From Chlamydiota bacterium (GTDB lineage: Bacteria; Chlamydiota; Chlamydiia; Chlamydiales; SM23-39), in the NCBI GenBank assembly GCA_039179045.1, contig JBCDEZ010000002.1, positions 1 to 58,877 of the forward strand: a DNA stretch of 58,877 nucleotides. Reading direction: 5' to 3'. The translations under genes and the position numbers were made by a program. Under the pieces are notes generated by a model that saw nothing but the letters and a program-made list of their open reading frames with translations, was not told where the DNA came from and made no database searches. Numbering within the stretch: position 1 is the first letter of the stretch; each line of letters opens with the position of its first letter. Positions 10,228 through 21,037 of this stretch are shown piece after piece.

Positions 10228-10537
10228 CTTGCAAATCAGATGACGAAGGATATTTCGTAGATCTGAGGATCTGTTTCTGGAAGTCGTCTGATCGGCATTT
10301 GTGTTGCGTCAATCAGTACTAGGTCGTGAGCTCTTCGGCTATACGCTTTTTCAGGCAAGGAGAAAGCAGAATCCCGAATGGGGGCATTCTCGACCCATTG
10401 AATGGTTTTGTATACTGTGCTTTCACGAACACCATAGCTCTTGGCTATGTGAAAATACGTACCGTGTTTGCGTAAGTATTCTACAGTGTGCGTATACCGA
10501 GATGATCCACTCTGCGATTCTGGAGAGAAAAAATATG
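10228..10537 (-). pseudogene. relic of a DDE_Tnp_4-type (IS5-superfamily, Harbinger-like) transposase, N-terminal part only
   Basis: Minus-strand frame with no start codon: ...YLRKHGTYFHIAKSYGVRESTVYKTIQWVE... is an HTH_Tnp_4-like helix-turn-helix. ...DLVLIDATQMPI matches the aIDGThipi segment that carries the first catalytic Asp. It ends in a stop after ~100 codons with no downstream DDE core. Confidence 0.5.
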
Positions 10538-10556
10538 CTCATGCGGGGAGTCTCTT

Positions 10557-11114
10557 TCAACCCTTTTCCCGAGTGCGTATTTTGAGAAGAGTTTTTGCCT
10601 CTATAAGAGAGTTTTTTTCTACAAGAGAGCGAATCCTTGTGGATGAGACAATCTTCCCCTCGTGCATGAGAAGAGGAAGATAGCATACGACAAATCCCTG
10701 AGCCGATGCGATTTTTTTGATCTCTTCTTCGGTTCCTGCGCGCTCCTTGCCGAAAGAAGCCCCCCGGCCCAAGATGAGAGTTTTGATCGGAACGTGTGCG
10801 CAGATTTTTTCGAGAAAAGTGCTGTGGCGCAAGGAGAAAAAGGCATGCGTTGCAGGAAGTTCATAGACGTAGTCGATCTCGTGGCTTGCTAATTTCTTGA
10901 GCTTCTCCTCAAAAGAGGTGAGTAAAGGGGGGGGGAGCGTAGATGAGAGAATGTACTTGGGCGGAACACGAAAAGTCATAACGACAGTAGGTAGGCCCGT
11001 CTTTTTCAGGGCATGCAAGATTGTTTGGTGTCCTAGGTGTACTCCGTCGAAAAAGCCGAGTGTGGTCGCACACTCTTTTTCGGGCACATCTTCAGGATAG
11101 CGGAGGTGTTGCAT
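10557..11114 (-). CDS. ribF: FAD synthetase (FMN adenylyltransferase) domain of RibF; riboflavin-kinase domain absent
   Basis: The FFDGVHLGH nucleotidyltransferase motif and FAD_syn domain are present. The protein stops (...LLKIRTREKG*) at the usual domain junction, and no riboflavin-kinase motifs appear in any frame downstream. Start set at the internal Met (MQHLRY); the longer ORF would overlap truB by ~90 nt. CT093 position. Confidence 0.7.
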   Translation of the reverse strand: MQHLRYPEDVPEKECATTLGFFDGVHLGHQTILHALKKTGLPTVVMTFRVPPKYILSSTLPPPLLTSFEEKLKKLASHEIDYVYELPATHAFFSLRHSTFLEKICAHVPIKTLILGRGASFGKERAGTEEEIKKIASAQGFVVCYLPLLMHEGKIVSSTRIRSLVEKNSLIEAKTLLKIRTREKG

Positions 11115-11796
11115 AGGATAAATGCTCCAGTAGTGCTTGGCGCTGCAATCCTTTTGGAAGGTCTTCGAATACAAGCGCATTCACCAGAGAAAATGGACCT
11201 GTTTTCAGGCGCAATAAATCATGCAGGTGAGCGTAGCTGCCCAAAGCCTTCCCCAAGTCTTGGGCCAAGCTTCTGATATAGGTTCCTTTGGAGCAGCGAA
11301 TATGCAAAAGCAGGTGTGGGTAGGCGTAGTGCATAAGTGTGATTTTTAAGCAGACTTTACAAGAAACTCTCTCTACTGTTTGGTTCTTTCTTGCAAGCTC
11401 GTAGAGTTTTTTCCCACCCACTTTTTTCGCAGAGAACATGGGAGGTACTTGCTCTACCTCTCCTTGAAAAAGAGGGAGGGTTTTCTCTACTTCTGATAAG
11501 GTGGGCACCTTCGAAGAGGTGTTTGTAACCGTACCCTCTGCATCGTAGGTTGTGGTGCTTTTTCCTAAACATAGGATCGCTTCATACTCTTTTTCCTGTG
11601 CGATCCACTTCTCTGCTTGCTTCGTATACTCCTTACCTACAAGAAAAACGAGGAGACCTCTAGCCAGAGGATCGAGAGTCCCTGTATGCCCAATTTTCTG
11701 GACATTTAGGAGCTTGCGTAGTTTGGGGATATAGGAAAACGAAGAGACTCCTTTCGCTTTATCTAAGAGTAGAATACCTTTAGGCGAGTGGTTCAT
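11092..11796 (-). CDS. truB: tRNA pseudouridine(55) synthase
   Basis: Catalytic motif GHTGTLDPLARGLLV. CT094 position. Start set at the internal Met ([16 protein letters not shown]). Confidence 0.85.
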   Translation of the reverse strand: MNHSPKGILLLDKAKGVSSFSYIPKLRKLLNVQKIGHTGTLDPLARGLLVFLVGKEYTKQAEKWIAQEKEYEAILCLGKSTTTYDAEGTVTNTSSKVPTLSEVEKTLPLFQGEVEQVPPMFSAKKVGGKKLYELARKNQTVERVSCKVCLKITLMHYAYPHLLLHIRCSKGTYIRSLAQDLGKALGSYAHLHDLLRLKTGPFSLVNALVFEDLPKGLQRQALLEHLSYATPPLS

Positions 11797-12163
11797 CTGA
11801 AGAGGTGCGTTTTTTTTCCCGTTCGTGGATATCTTGCAGGATTTCATCGATTCGGAAATGCTTGTCCAAAGAAGTGTCCAAAAAAAACGTGAGAGAAGGG
11901 AAAATTCTTAGGACCACCTTTTTCGAGGCGCGCACTGCAATATATCCCGCTCCCGACTCGAGCGCTTCTAAGGTTTTTTTCTTTTCCTCGGCATTTCCCA
12001 AAACGCTGATGAACACTTTGGCGTGGTGGGAATCGCTTGTGATTTCGACCTCTGTTACGGTAACGAAGGTACTGACATCGGGGTTTTTTACCTCTTTTGT
12101 GATCACCTCAGAGATCACTTCTTTCAGTAGGGAGTTGAGGCGGGCCATTCTCCGTTCTTTCAT
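11780..12163 (-). CDS. rbfA: ribosome-binding factor A
   Basis: 127-aa RbfA-like protein ([20 protein letters not shown]...). Its ATG overlaps the infB stop (ATGA). The longer ORF in the track is an upstream read-through into infB. Confidence 0.75.
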   Translation of the reverse strand: MKERRMARLNSLLKEVISEVITKEVKNPDVSTFVTVTEVEITSDSHHAKVFISVLGNAEEKKKTLEALESGAGYIAVRASKKVVLRIFPSLTFFLDTSLDKHFRIDEILQDIHEREKKRTSSDEPLA

Positions 12164-14514
12164 GATAACTTCTGCTTGTGGTAAACAATTTCGTAGGCTT
12201 GGATCAGATCTTCTGGCTTGATTCCAGAAAAGCCCTCCAAAACGAGGCCACACTCGACCCCTTTTTGGACTTCTCTTACATCGTCTTGTACACGCTTGAT
12301 GGAGGCAATTTTTCCGCTCCAAATCTCGGTCGAGTCCCGAACCACGCGGGCGAGATGGTTGCGGTGGATCGTTCCATCGACTACCTGGCACCCTGCAATG
12401 ACTCCGAGGTGCGAAGACTTGAAGGTTGCTTTCACTTTAGCAGAGCCTGTATTTGACTCTTCAGCAATCGGATCGAGGAGGTCTGTCATTTTTTCTTTCA
12501 CCTCATCGATAGCATGGTAGATCACATCGTGCAAGGAGATGTGTACTTGTTTTTGCTTAATGAGATTTTCTGTATGGCTTTCGATCTGTGTGTGGAAGCC
12601 GATGATCTCTGCTCTAGCGGCAGCTGCAAGCTCCACATCTGACTCAGAGATTTCTCCCACGCCTTCGTAAACGATTTCGATCCGCACTTTCTCGCTATGG
12701 ATGCGTAGCAATGCACTTTTTAGAGCTTCGAGAGATCCCTGTACGTCTGCTCTGAGGACCAGGGGTAGGACTTTCTGGGCGTGTGCTGCTTTTCTTTGCA
12801 TCAGTTTGTCCATGCCAGAGCGGACAGACTGTTGCAGATTGCGCTTTTTGCCGTCTTTCCGTCCTGCTGCGAGGAGTTTGGCTTCCTTCTCACTTTTCAC
12901 TACGATGAACTCTGAGCCTGCTTCGACGAGGCCGGAAATTCCCGTGACCTTCACAGGCGTTGCTGGAGGAGCTACCTTTACATGGCGCCCTAAGTCGTCA
13001 TGCATTGTTTTGATCCGTCCCGAGTGATCTCCGAGAACAATAGCATCGGACAAGCGCAAAGAGCCGTTTTGTACCAGAACGGTAGCGACCGGTCCGAGAC
13101 CCTTATGCATTTCCGACTCGAGCACGGTCCCACGCGCTCTTGCGCTAGGATCGGCGCGTAACTCCTGTATTTCAGCTTGTAGGTTCAACATTTCGAGTAG
13201 ATCAGGAATGCCCTCTCCTGTGCTAGCGGAGCAGCGCACGCAGATTGTTGAGCCTCCCCAAGCTTCGGGAAGTAGTTCTTGATCTGCAAGCTCCCGGTAG
13301 ACTTTTTCTGGATCGTAACCTGGTTTGTCTGCCTTATTGATGGCAACGACAATCGGAACCTGGGCTTCTTTTGCCTGGTTCATCGCTTCGATGGTTTGCA
13401 TGCGCATCCCCTCATCGCCTGCAATCACCAGAACGACGATATCGGTCACGTTGGCACCCCGTTCCCTCATTTCGCTGAATGCTTCGTGGCCTGGAGTATC
13501 CAAAATTGTGATTTCTCCAGAGGGAGTAGAGGTTTTGAAGGCGCCGATGTGTTGGGTGATCGCTCCTGCTTCTCCAGCCGCAATCTTGGTTTCTCGTATT
13601 GTATCGATTAGGCTTGTTTTCCCGTGATCGACGTGCCCCATGAAAGTGACAATACAAGGACGCAAACAGAGGTGTTTTGCATCAGTATCTGCGATTTCTT
13701 CTGCAACGGTTTTGCTTGTGATCTGGAGTCGCTTTTCTTCCGAGTAATCGATAGAAATATCACAGGAAAACTCGTGTCCTAAAAGTTGGATGGTTGTCTC
13801 ATCATCGAGATAATCGTTGATAGTAAGGGTCAGGCCTTGCATAAGGAGTTTGCCCACTAGTTCTGCTGCTTTGAGTTTCATCTCTTGAGCAAGCTCTTTG
13901 ATGGTGATCGGTAGGCGTACTTTGAGGCGTTTTGGTCGAATCACTTGTTCTTGAGAAAACGTGCTTTTTTTTCTTTTGTGTTTTTTTCTACGCCAACCCT
14001 CATCGTCCGTATCGCGAAGACCTTGCTTGTCTCTTCCGTCAAACTCGCGTACTTTCTTTCGAGAGGCTTTGAATTCGCGAAAATCTCGAAACCCACTCGG
14101 TTTGATGGCAGGAGCAGGTTTCCCTTTTTTCTTCTTATCTTTTTTGTCTGCAGAAGAAGGCGCTTTATCCGAAGTGGATTCTTTGGGAGTGGTAGGTGTT
14201 TCAGAAGGTTTTGCCTCTTCCTTCTCGGGTAAGACCGGTTTCTCTGGCTCAGCTTTCTCTACGGAAGACGCACTTTCTACCACGAAATCTTCGGGGGGTG
14301 TCGAGGGCTCTAGAGCCTCTGTACTTACTTTTGGAGGGTCTATTTCAGCCGGCGAGGGTTTCTTTTCGATGATGCGCACTTTGGGATGCTTTTTTGCCGG
14401 TTTTTCGGGGGTAGCTTCTTCGACTTGCTTGGATGTTCCCTTTTTACAAGAAGGTAATTTTAGAGCTTTTGCGAGTTGTGCATTTTTGATGTTAATTTTT
14501 AAGTTTTTAACCAA
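12160..14514 (-). CDS. infB: translation initiation factor IF-2
   Basis: 784 aa with a Lys/Pro/Glu-rich N-terminus, GTP-binding domain ([23 protein letters not shown]) and C-terminal IF2 domains. Confidence 0.95.
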   Translation of the reverse strand: MVKNLKINIKNAQLAKALKLPSCKKGTSKQVEEATPEKPAKKHPKVRIIEKKPSPAEIDPPKVSTEALEPSTPPEDFVVESASSVEKAEPEKPVLPEKEEAKPSETPTTPKESTSDKAPSSADKKDKKKKGKPAPAIKPSGFRDFREFKASRKKVREFDGRDKQGLRDTDDEGWRRKKHKRKKSTFSQEQVIRPKRLKVRLPITIKELAQEMKLKAAELVGKLLMQGLTLTINDYLDDETTIQLLGHEFSCDISIDYSEEKRLQITSKTVAEEIADTDAKHLCLRPCIVTFMGHVDHGKTSLIDTIRETKIAAGEAGAITQHIGAFKTSTPSGEITILDTPGHEAFSEMRERGANVTDIVVLVIAGDEGMRMQTIEAMNQAKEAQVPIVVAINKADKPGYDPEKVYRELADQELLPEAWGGSTICVRCSASTGEGIPDLLEMLNLQAEIQELRADPSARARGTVLESEMHKGLGPVATVLVQNGSLRLSDAIVLGDHSGRIKTMHDDLGRHVKVAPPATPVKVTGISGLVEAGSEFIVVKSEKEAKLLAAGRKDGKKRNLQQSVRSGMDKLMQRKAAHAQKVLPLVLRADVQGSLEALKSALLRIHSEKVRIEIVYEGVGEISESDVELAAAARAEIIGFHTQIESHTENLIKQKQVHISLHDVIYHAIDEVKEKMTDLLDPIAEESNTGSAKVKATFKSSHLGVIAGCQVVDGTIHRNHLARVVRDSTEIWSGKIASIKRVQDDVREVQKGVECGLVLEGFSGIKPEDLIQAYEIVYHKQKLS

Positions 14515-14517
14515 AAG

Positions 14518-15786
14518 TTATACCTTTTTGTTTCTTGTTTGTTCGAGAATTTTTTCCGCAATATCAAAGTAATTGAAACCAGGAATATTCGAGACCAATT
14601 CGTGGGGTGATGCACTAACAACCTTTCTCAAAGTATCAAAACCGGCAGCAACCAAGCTCTGTACAATCAAAGAGCTGATGTCCTCTAGTTGGAGAGGTTC
14701 GTCGAGCTTTTCATCCTCTTCTTTGGCCAAAAGCTCCATCTCCATGGTCACCCCTTTTTTGTACTCGCTCATTTTTTGTACAGCGAGTTCTGCTTCGATG
14801 AGCTTTGCAATCAGGCGAGCGTTCATTCCTTTTTTTCCAATCACGATCGGGTAGTCTTCGTCGTGTACCACGATGGAAATACGGTCTTCACTTTCCTTCA
14901 ATTTGCAGATTTCGATGGGAGCAATTGCTTTTTCTAGAAGGCGGATACGATCATCGGAGAAAGGAATGATGTCGATTTTTTCGTTGATTTCGCGAATAAT
15001 ATTTTTGATTCGTGTTCCACGAACTCCGACACATGTACCCACAGGGTCGACTTTCATATCATGGGATCGTACGACGATCTTTGTTCGGTAACCTGCGTCG
15101 CGTACAATTTTTTCGATCACCACAACCGAGTCCGCAAGCTCAGGAACTTCTGCTTTGAACAGTTCTTGCACGAACAGGGGGTCGCTTCGAGATAGGATCA
15201 CCTCAGCGCCTCCGTTCTCCGTATCACAGACGTCTTGCAAAAGAGCTTGTACTTTCTCGCCAACATTGAATTTCTCCATTCTCGGATACTGTCTTTCTGG
15301 CAAAATTCCCTCTACTTTGCCCAAATCCACTACAAGAGTTTGTCCCCGAATGAACCGTTTGATCTTCCCGGAGATAATCTCTCCAACGCGGTGTCGGTAT
15401 TCTTCGTAGATTACATCTCTTTCTGCTGTGCGCAGTTTTTGTGTGATTACTTGTCGTGCGGTTTGTGCAGCAATCCTACCAAAATCCCTGGGGGTAACAA
15501 TGATCTCCAGCCATTGGCCCAGCTCACAGTCGGGTGCCAGCTCTTGTGCCTCTTCGAGCGAAATCTCTTCATCGAAGTCTTCTACCTCTTCAACAATCTT
15601 TTTCTGGGCAACGACTTCAATCTCTCCCGATTTCGGTTCGATTTGCACTTGGATCTTCCCTACGCCATGAACGCTTTTTTTCGCAGCTGCCAATAAAGAA
15701 TCCTCGATTGCTTGAATGACGAAATCTCTTTTGATGCCTTTTTCTCTTTCGAGATATTCGAAAATCGCAATTAAGTCTTTATTCAT
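14518..15786 (-). CDS. nusA: transcription termination/antitermination factor NusA
   Basis: 422 aa with the NusA N-terminal domain, S1 and KH domains (GKKGMNARLI). Confidence 0.95.
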   Translation of the reverse strand: MNKDLIAIFEYLEREKGIKRDFVIQAIEDSLLAAAKKSVHGVGKIQVQIEPKSGEIEVVAQKKIVEEVEDFDEEISLEEAQELAPDCELGQWLEIIVTPRDFGRIAAQTARQVITQKLRTAERDVIYEEYRHRVGEIISGKIKRFIRGQTLVVDLGKVEGILPERQYPRMEKFNVGEKVQALLQDVCDTENGGAEVILSRSDPLFVQELFKAEVPELADSVVVIEKIVRDAGYRTKIVVRSHDMKVDPVGTCVGVRGTRIKNIIREINEKIDIIPFSDDRIRLLEKAIAPIEICKLKESEDRISIVVHDEDYPIVIGKKGMNARLIAKLIEAELAVQKMSEYKKGVTMEMELLAKEEDEKLDEPLQLEDISSLIVQSLVAAGFDTLRKVVSASPHELVSNIPGFNYFDIAEKILEQTRNKKV

Positions 15787-15969
15787 AGATATCCTAACTT
15801 TTCTATTATCTTTGTACAGTGCTTGCGCTAAACTCTCCTCAAGTTTGCAAGTAAATAGAGGAGGGATGGGTTTCTATGGAGAACATGAAAAGAAGAGCTC
15901 GGAGGAGTCTCTTCTTCTCAAGACTAGAGAATGCAATAGAGGTGAACAGATCCCTCCTTTGCGACTGCG

Positions 15970-17727
15970 CTAGTCTTCCGTATCTACCTCATCATTGTCC
16001 GAGTCTTTCCCAAGCTCTTCTTCTGTAAAACGCTCTTCACTTCCACCAATCACAATATCATCATGGTTCACATGATTTTTTTCTACGATATAATCTTTTA
16101 GAGAAAGGGATACCTTTTTCCTTTCAGAGTCGAGCTTGATTACCTTCGACGTGACTACATCACCCTCTTTGATTACCTCTTCCACTTTGCCAAAGGGTTG
16201 GTCGGACAATTCTGAGACATGAATCAAAGCTTCGATGCTATTGTCGAGTAGGACAAACGCTCCAAAGGCTGTCGTCTTTGTGACCACACCTGTGACAAGA
16301 GACCCTAAAGGGAAATTCTGTTCGATGTTCTCCCAGGGATTTTTCTCGAGTTGCTTGACTCCGAGTGTGATCTTTTTACTATCTCGATCGACAGATAAGA
16401 TCACCATATCGACTCGATCCCCTTTTTTAAAAACTTCTGAAGGGTGGGAAATTTTTTTGCTCCAGCTAAGATCCGAGATATGGATTAGCCCCTCAACACC
16501 AGGCTCGAGCTCGACGAATGCTCCATAATTCGTCAGGTTGCGGACTTCTGCTGTCACGCTATTGCCAACAGGGTACTTCGATTCTACATTGTCCCAAGGG
16601 TTGCTTTGTGTTTGCTTGATGCCGAGGGAGATTTTTCCATCTTGTTTTTGTATGGAAAGGACAATCGCCTCCACCTCTTGACCCATCTCTACAATCTCGC
16701 TGGGATCAGTTACATTTTTGGTCCAAGACATTTCGGAAACGTGTATGAGTCCTTCAATGCCAGGCTCGATTTCTATGAAAGCGCCATAAGATACGAGGTT
16801 GACAATTTTTCCCAAAACGGTCATTCCAGGCGGGTAGCGCTGTTCAATTTCCTCCCAAGGGTTCCTCTCTTTTTGTTTCAAACCGAGTGCGACGCGCCCT
16901 TTATCTTGATCAACATGCAAGATGATCACTTCTAGTTCATCTCCGAGTGAGAGAATTTCAGAGGGGTGCTTGATCCGCTTCCATGTCATATCGGTGATGT
17001 GCAGCAGTCCATCGATTCCGTTAAGATCGAGGAAAACACCGAAGTCGGTGATATTTTTCACGACACCACGGCAAAGATCGCCTTCGTGAATCTTTTCCAA
17101 GACTTCTGCCTTTTTCGACACGCGCTCGGCCTCGAGCAACTCCCGTCTAGAAATGACAATATTCTTTCTTTCGATATTGATTTTTAGGATTTTGAACTCG
17201 TACGTATGCCCCAAAAACTCATCAAGATTTTTGATCCGTTTGTTGTCGATTTGTGAGCCGGGCAAGAAGGCTTCCATGCCGATATCGACCATAAGCCCAC
17301 CCTTCACCTTCCGCATCACTTTGCCTTTGATCAAAGAGCCCTCTTTGCAGTTGGTGATGATGTACTCCCACTGCCGTTGTTTGCGTGCTTTTTCCCTGGA
17401 AAGCACGATCTGGCCATCTTCCCCCTCCGTGCGATCTAGGTAAACCTCTACCTCAGCGCCTAAAATCAATTCATCTGTATCCGAAAATTCGGCAACAGGA
17501 ACAAGGCCCTCTGACTTCAATCCCACGTCAATGATCGCAAAGTCTTTGACGATTTCAACAACGGTCCCTTGCAAAATCTGTCCAGGTTTCATTAGATTGA
17601 TCGAACTATCTTCTTCCACCTTCGTTTCATCAAGAAGGTTTTTGAATTCCTCCGCCTCTTCGGGAGAAAATGTTTCGTCGTCTAAAATATTGTTTTCATT
17701 GCTCCAATCATGGAATTGATTTGTCAT
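15970..17727 (-). CDS. rpsA: 30S ribosomal protein S1
   Basis: 585 aa with six S1 repeats (repeated G.V..I...GAFV.L..G..GL.H.S. pattern). Confidence 0.95.
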   Translation of the reverse strand: MTNQFHDWSNENNILDDETFSPEEAEEFKNLLDETKVEEDSSINLMKPGQILQGTVVEIVKDFAIIDVGLKSEGLVPVAEFSDTDELILGAEVEVYLDRTEGEDGQIVLSREKARKQRQWEYIITNCKEGSLIKGKVMRKVKGGLMVDIGMEAFLPGSQIDNKRIKNLDEFLGHTYEFKILKINIERKNIVISRRELLEAERVSKKAEVLEKIHEGDLCRGVVKNITDFGVFLDLNGIDGLLHITDMTWKRIKHPSEILSLGDELEVIILHVDQDKGRVALGLKQKERNPWEEIEQRYPPGMTVLGKIVNLVSYGAFIEIEPGIEGLIHVSEMSWTKNVTDPSEIVEMGQEVEAIVLSIQKQDGKISLGIKQTQSNPWDNVESKYPVGNSVTAEVRNLTNYGAFVELEPGVEGLIHISDLSWSKKISHPSEVFKKGDRVDMVILSVDRDSKKITLGVKQLEKNPWENIEQNFPLGSLVTGVVTKTTAFGAFVLLDNSIEALIHVSELSDQPFGKVEEVIKEGDVVTSKVIKLDSERKKVSLSLKDYIVEKNHVNHDDIVIGGSEERFTEEELGKDSDNDEVDTED

Positions 17728-18315
17728 TGAAAAGAGGCTCCTGTTTTCTTAAGTTAAAAGAAAAATCGTAGCAAAAGATTTAGAAAAAGGCAATAGCATC
17801 CTAAAACTACTCTTTTCGGGAAGAATTAGCAGAGGAATTGTATCTGTTCGATCTGTTTGCAGGCCTCCTTTTTTCAGAAGGCAGAAGAGTAGATATCCGT
17901 TTCATCAGGATGGATTTTCAAGTGCATTTTTTTATCAGAACACACACAACATCCCCGTTTATCGGCATCTCCACTGAACGGATACTGGGGTGTTTTTTGC
18001 TCTCTTTTCTATTCGACGTTCTCTTATTTAGTGGATAGAGTGATTTTTTTTTGGACATAAAAATCCTGAAAAAATAAAAAATAGTATTTATCGTGGAGTC
18101 TTAGGTGGAAAGCTTTTTTTCTGGGCGGTTTGTTAGGTGGACGTTTTTTCGGGAAAAACTCTCTATTCTTGTGGCAGGCGTTTTGTCCCTTGTTTTTCAA
18201 CGGGAAAAGCAAATTTTACCGGGGTGGAAAAAAGTTGATTGTGGTCTCTACCATGGAGAAAAGAGTGACCCTGTGGCCCGGTCGGGATTTTTTCTGTGCA
18301 ATCTAAGAGGAGACA

Positions 18316-20232
18316 TTGGGTAATTCCTTCATGAAAACCAAGGTTTTTTCTCCGATAAAAGTCCTCCACAAGCGGAATCAACAGGGGGAACATTTCTCCC
18401 AACAAATACAAGATCTCTTACAGACATTGCTACGCGGAAGCCCTGCTTTACTGCAAGCTGCCCGGAGTCCCTACTCCGAGAACGCCTCCTTGCAGCTACC
18501 TATCCTTGTGTGGGAAGAGCTTGGGGGAAATGCTCTTTGTGTGAGTTTTCTTTGGAAGCAGAGAGTGGGAGCTATTCCCTTTTTCTACGAAATGCTGACC
18601 AATTGGCTCTTGCCGGGGAGGTGTCTTGCTAGCCCCGAATTTTTTTCATCCGATGTGTACCTGCCTGACATTGCCTCCCCTCTGCTCACGATAGGACAAA
18701 TCTTTCTCACCATTCACTTTCCGCGAGATGGGGCTGTTTGGGAAAGGCAGCGCAAAAAGGTGGACCAGGAGATTCGCCTTGGTGTGGCTTCGAATTATCA
18801 CGCACAGCAAATTTTGTCTTTTAAAGATCTTTCATCTGGAGAGAAGACAGAAATGTTGCAAAGACACATGGGCTCATTCATTAAGACGCAACCAGAAGAT
18901 TACAACAAAAGCGTTCTAGCGCAGATGCAACGCTTTTGGGTGATGTCCCGAGAGGCATTCAAAAACGAGCGTTCCTATGAGCATATGAGTCGGATCATCG
19001 CTCTTTTGCATATCTCGAGAAAAATCCTACACAAAAAAAGGGCTCTTTGCGCGTCTAAGAGGCATGTTGTTGTCAAACTGTTGAAAGCGCGGCTGGAGGT
19101 GCCTCAAGATACGCCCCATGTTTTGGGGGTGATCGTTGGACTGCATTTTACGCAAGAGCAAGAAGTTTTTCAGCAGAAGCATTTCCGCACCGCAATAGCC
19201 TACGTCGACCCCTTTTTTGAGCCTGTTCCCGACTCATTTTTAGTCGATCGGAACCAGAATAGCTCGATACAGCTTTCCTACCTTGAGGTGAAAAAAAGGG
19301 GAAAAGAGCCTGTAGCAAAAGAGGATATTGAGCATTTAAGAGAGCACCTTCCCGATGCGCTTTGCCGTCACATTGAGTATCTAGCGCACCCTCTTTTCAT
19401 GCCTAGGAATGAAGAAGAGGTATTGCGCAACATTATGGTTTTAGCCAAGCAGCTCAAATATGTACAAGATATTCCTCAAGTCATCATCAACTTTGAGCAG
19501 CAAAAAGAGGCTCTTCTTGTTTTTACCGTTGTCTTACTGCGCATCGTGCGGCCGGGACAAAAGGAAGTAGGGACGCTTTTAGAGGAGCTTCCTAGAACCT
19601 GGTCGTGCCGGTTGGAGAGAAGTAAAAAGGTGGGGACACTGCGCCGCAGATATGCTAAAGAGGCGCATGTCTTTTCTGTAAAAATTCCCTCTTGCTCTTA
19701 CCTGCAAGAGGGATACTATGTCGATTTCTACCAAGCTCGCGCAGCTCTACTCCAGCAGCTGCATCGCATTTTTGGTGAAGTGCGAGACTACAATGGGGGA
19801 ATGATTGGCAAGCATACAGAAATTCTAGAAGAATGTAAAAAATCACTGGGAGAAGAACACCGCAAATCCTATTTCTTCTTTGAGAAGCTTTTTTTCTCTT
19901 TGCAACCGAGTGAGATGCGCAGTTTGCTCTATTGTTCTCTACTCAAAACGCTTTTTTTCGCAATTTTGGAACAGAAACAGCAGAAAAAACAACCGACTCT
20001 TTGGTCGGTAAAAAATGAGCGGAAAAAAGCGGTCTTTGTCTCTCTACAAACAGATCCGAAATACCGGAAGGTGATTTGGAGTCGTGTGCAACAAGAGCAG
20101 TACCGCTCTTGTGAACTTCTCTCTTTTTTTCTTGAAGATTGCTTTGGTTTCATCCTTCTCTCGGAAGAAGAGAGTAAAAAAGAGGCGTTGGAGCGGATTT
20201 TAGACTCCACTCCGCTCTCTTGCCAGTCTTAA
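18316..20232 (+). CDS. hypothetical protein, 638 aa, no recognisable domain
   Basis: Long uninterrupted ORF divergent from rpsA across a ~590-bp AT-rich intergenic region. The start is uncertain (TTG at 18316 or ATG at 18331). Confidence 0.55.
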   Translation: MGNSFMKTKVFSPIKVLHKRNQQGEHFSQQIQDLLQTLLRGSPALLQAARSPYSENASLQLPILVWEELGGNALCVSFLWKQRVGAIPFFYEMLTNWLLPGRCLASPEFFSSDVYLPDIASPLLTIGQIFLTIHFPRDGAVWERQRKKVDQEIRLGVASNYHAQQILSFKDLSSGEKTEMLQRHMGSFIKTQPEDYNKSVLAQMQRFWVMSREAFKNERSYEHMSRIIALLHISRKILHKKRALCASKRHVVVKLLKARLEVPQDTPHVLGVIVGLHFTQEQEVFQQKHFRTAIAYVDPFFEPVPDSFLVDRNQNSSIQLSYLEVKKRGKEPVAKEDIEHLREHLPDALCRHIEYLAHPLFMPRNEEEVLRNIMVLAKQLKYVQDIPQVIINFEQQKEALLVFTVVLLRIVRPGQKEVGTLLEELPRTWSCRLERSKKVGTLRRRYAKEAHVFSVKIPSCSYLQEGYYVDFYQARAALLQQLHRIFGEVRDYNGGMIGKHTEILEECKKSLGEEHRKSYFFFEKLFFSLQPSEMRSLLYCSLLKTLFFAILEQKQQKKQPTLWSVKNERKKAVFVSLQTDPKYRKVIWSRVQQEQYRSCELLSFFLEDCFGFILLSEEESKKEALERILDSTPLSCQS

Positions 20233-20371
20233 AAGTCTCTTCTTGAAGCGACCTATTTATTTCTCTCTTCAATCGAAGATAAGTAGAGCTTTTTCCAGGA
20301 TTTCTAGTAGCAAAGAATCCCACATTTCTCTACATTTTGTCTCAGAGTGTACCATCTAAATTTTTGCGATC

Positions 20372-21037
20372 ATGAAAAAAAGACCTGAGATTTTCCCTTC
20401 CATCATTGCTGCTGACTTTGGCCGCTTTTCCGAAGAGGTGCTGCGTGTTGAGCAGGCAAAAGCAGATGGGCTACATGTAGACATCATGGATGGGCACTTT
20501 GTACCCAATCTCACCATAGGACCGCAAGCTCTTGCCGCTTTCAATCGAACGAGCGCTCTTTTCATGGATGTGCACCTGATGCTCTACCAACCTTTCGAGT
20601 TCATCGAAAGCCTGGTCCGCTCAGGTGCTGATCGGATCACATTTCATATCGAGGCGACCGAATCGCCAGAGGATCTAATTGATTACGTGAAGAAATGTGG
20701 TGTCGAAGTGGGTATTGCGTGCAACCCAGAAACAAGCGCTTCACTCCTCATGCCTTGGATTGGCCACGTGGATCTCATTTTAGTGATGAGCGTACACCCT
20801 GGCTTCGGAGGGCAGGAGTTTTTACCTTCCGTTCTAGAGAAAATCGAAGATTTACATGCGGAAATTCGAGCTAGGAATGCGCAGACGAAGCTCATGGTAG
20901 ACGGTGGCATTAACCTGCTTACAGCAAAACAAGCTACGCAAGCAGGAGCAGATGCGCTTGTTGTAGGCACCTTTCTTTTCGAGCAACCAGACCTCTTTTC
21001 TGCTGTAGCCTCTTTGAAAGAGCATCTTATCACATGA
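20372..21037 (+). CDS. rpe: ribulose-phosphate 3-epimerase
   Basis: 221 aa with RPE-family TIM-barrel motifs (PSIIAADF, HVDIMDGHFVPN, GADRITFH, DGGIN). Confidence 0.9.
   Translation: MKKRPEIFPSIIAADFGRFSEEVLRVEQAKADGLHVDIMDGHFVPNLTIGPQALAAFNRTSALFMDVHLMLYQPFEFIESLVRSGADRITFHIEATESPEDLIDYVKKCGVEVGIACNPETSASLLMPWIGHVDLILVMSVHPGFGGQEFLPSVLEKIEDLHAEIRARNAQTKLMVDGGINLLTAKQATQAGADALVVGTFLFEQPDLFSAVASLKEHLIT

Noticed and set aside
13961-14572. 203-aa + strand ORF antisense to the 5' end of infB
   Set aside because: Antisense to the low-complexity Lys/Pro/Glu-rich IF-2 N-terminus, which commonly produces long spurious reverse frames.
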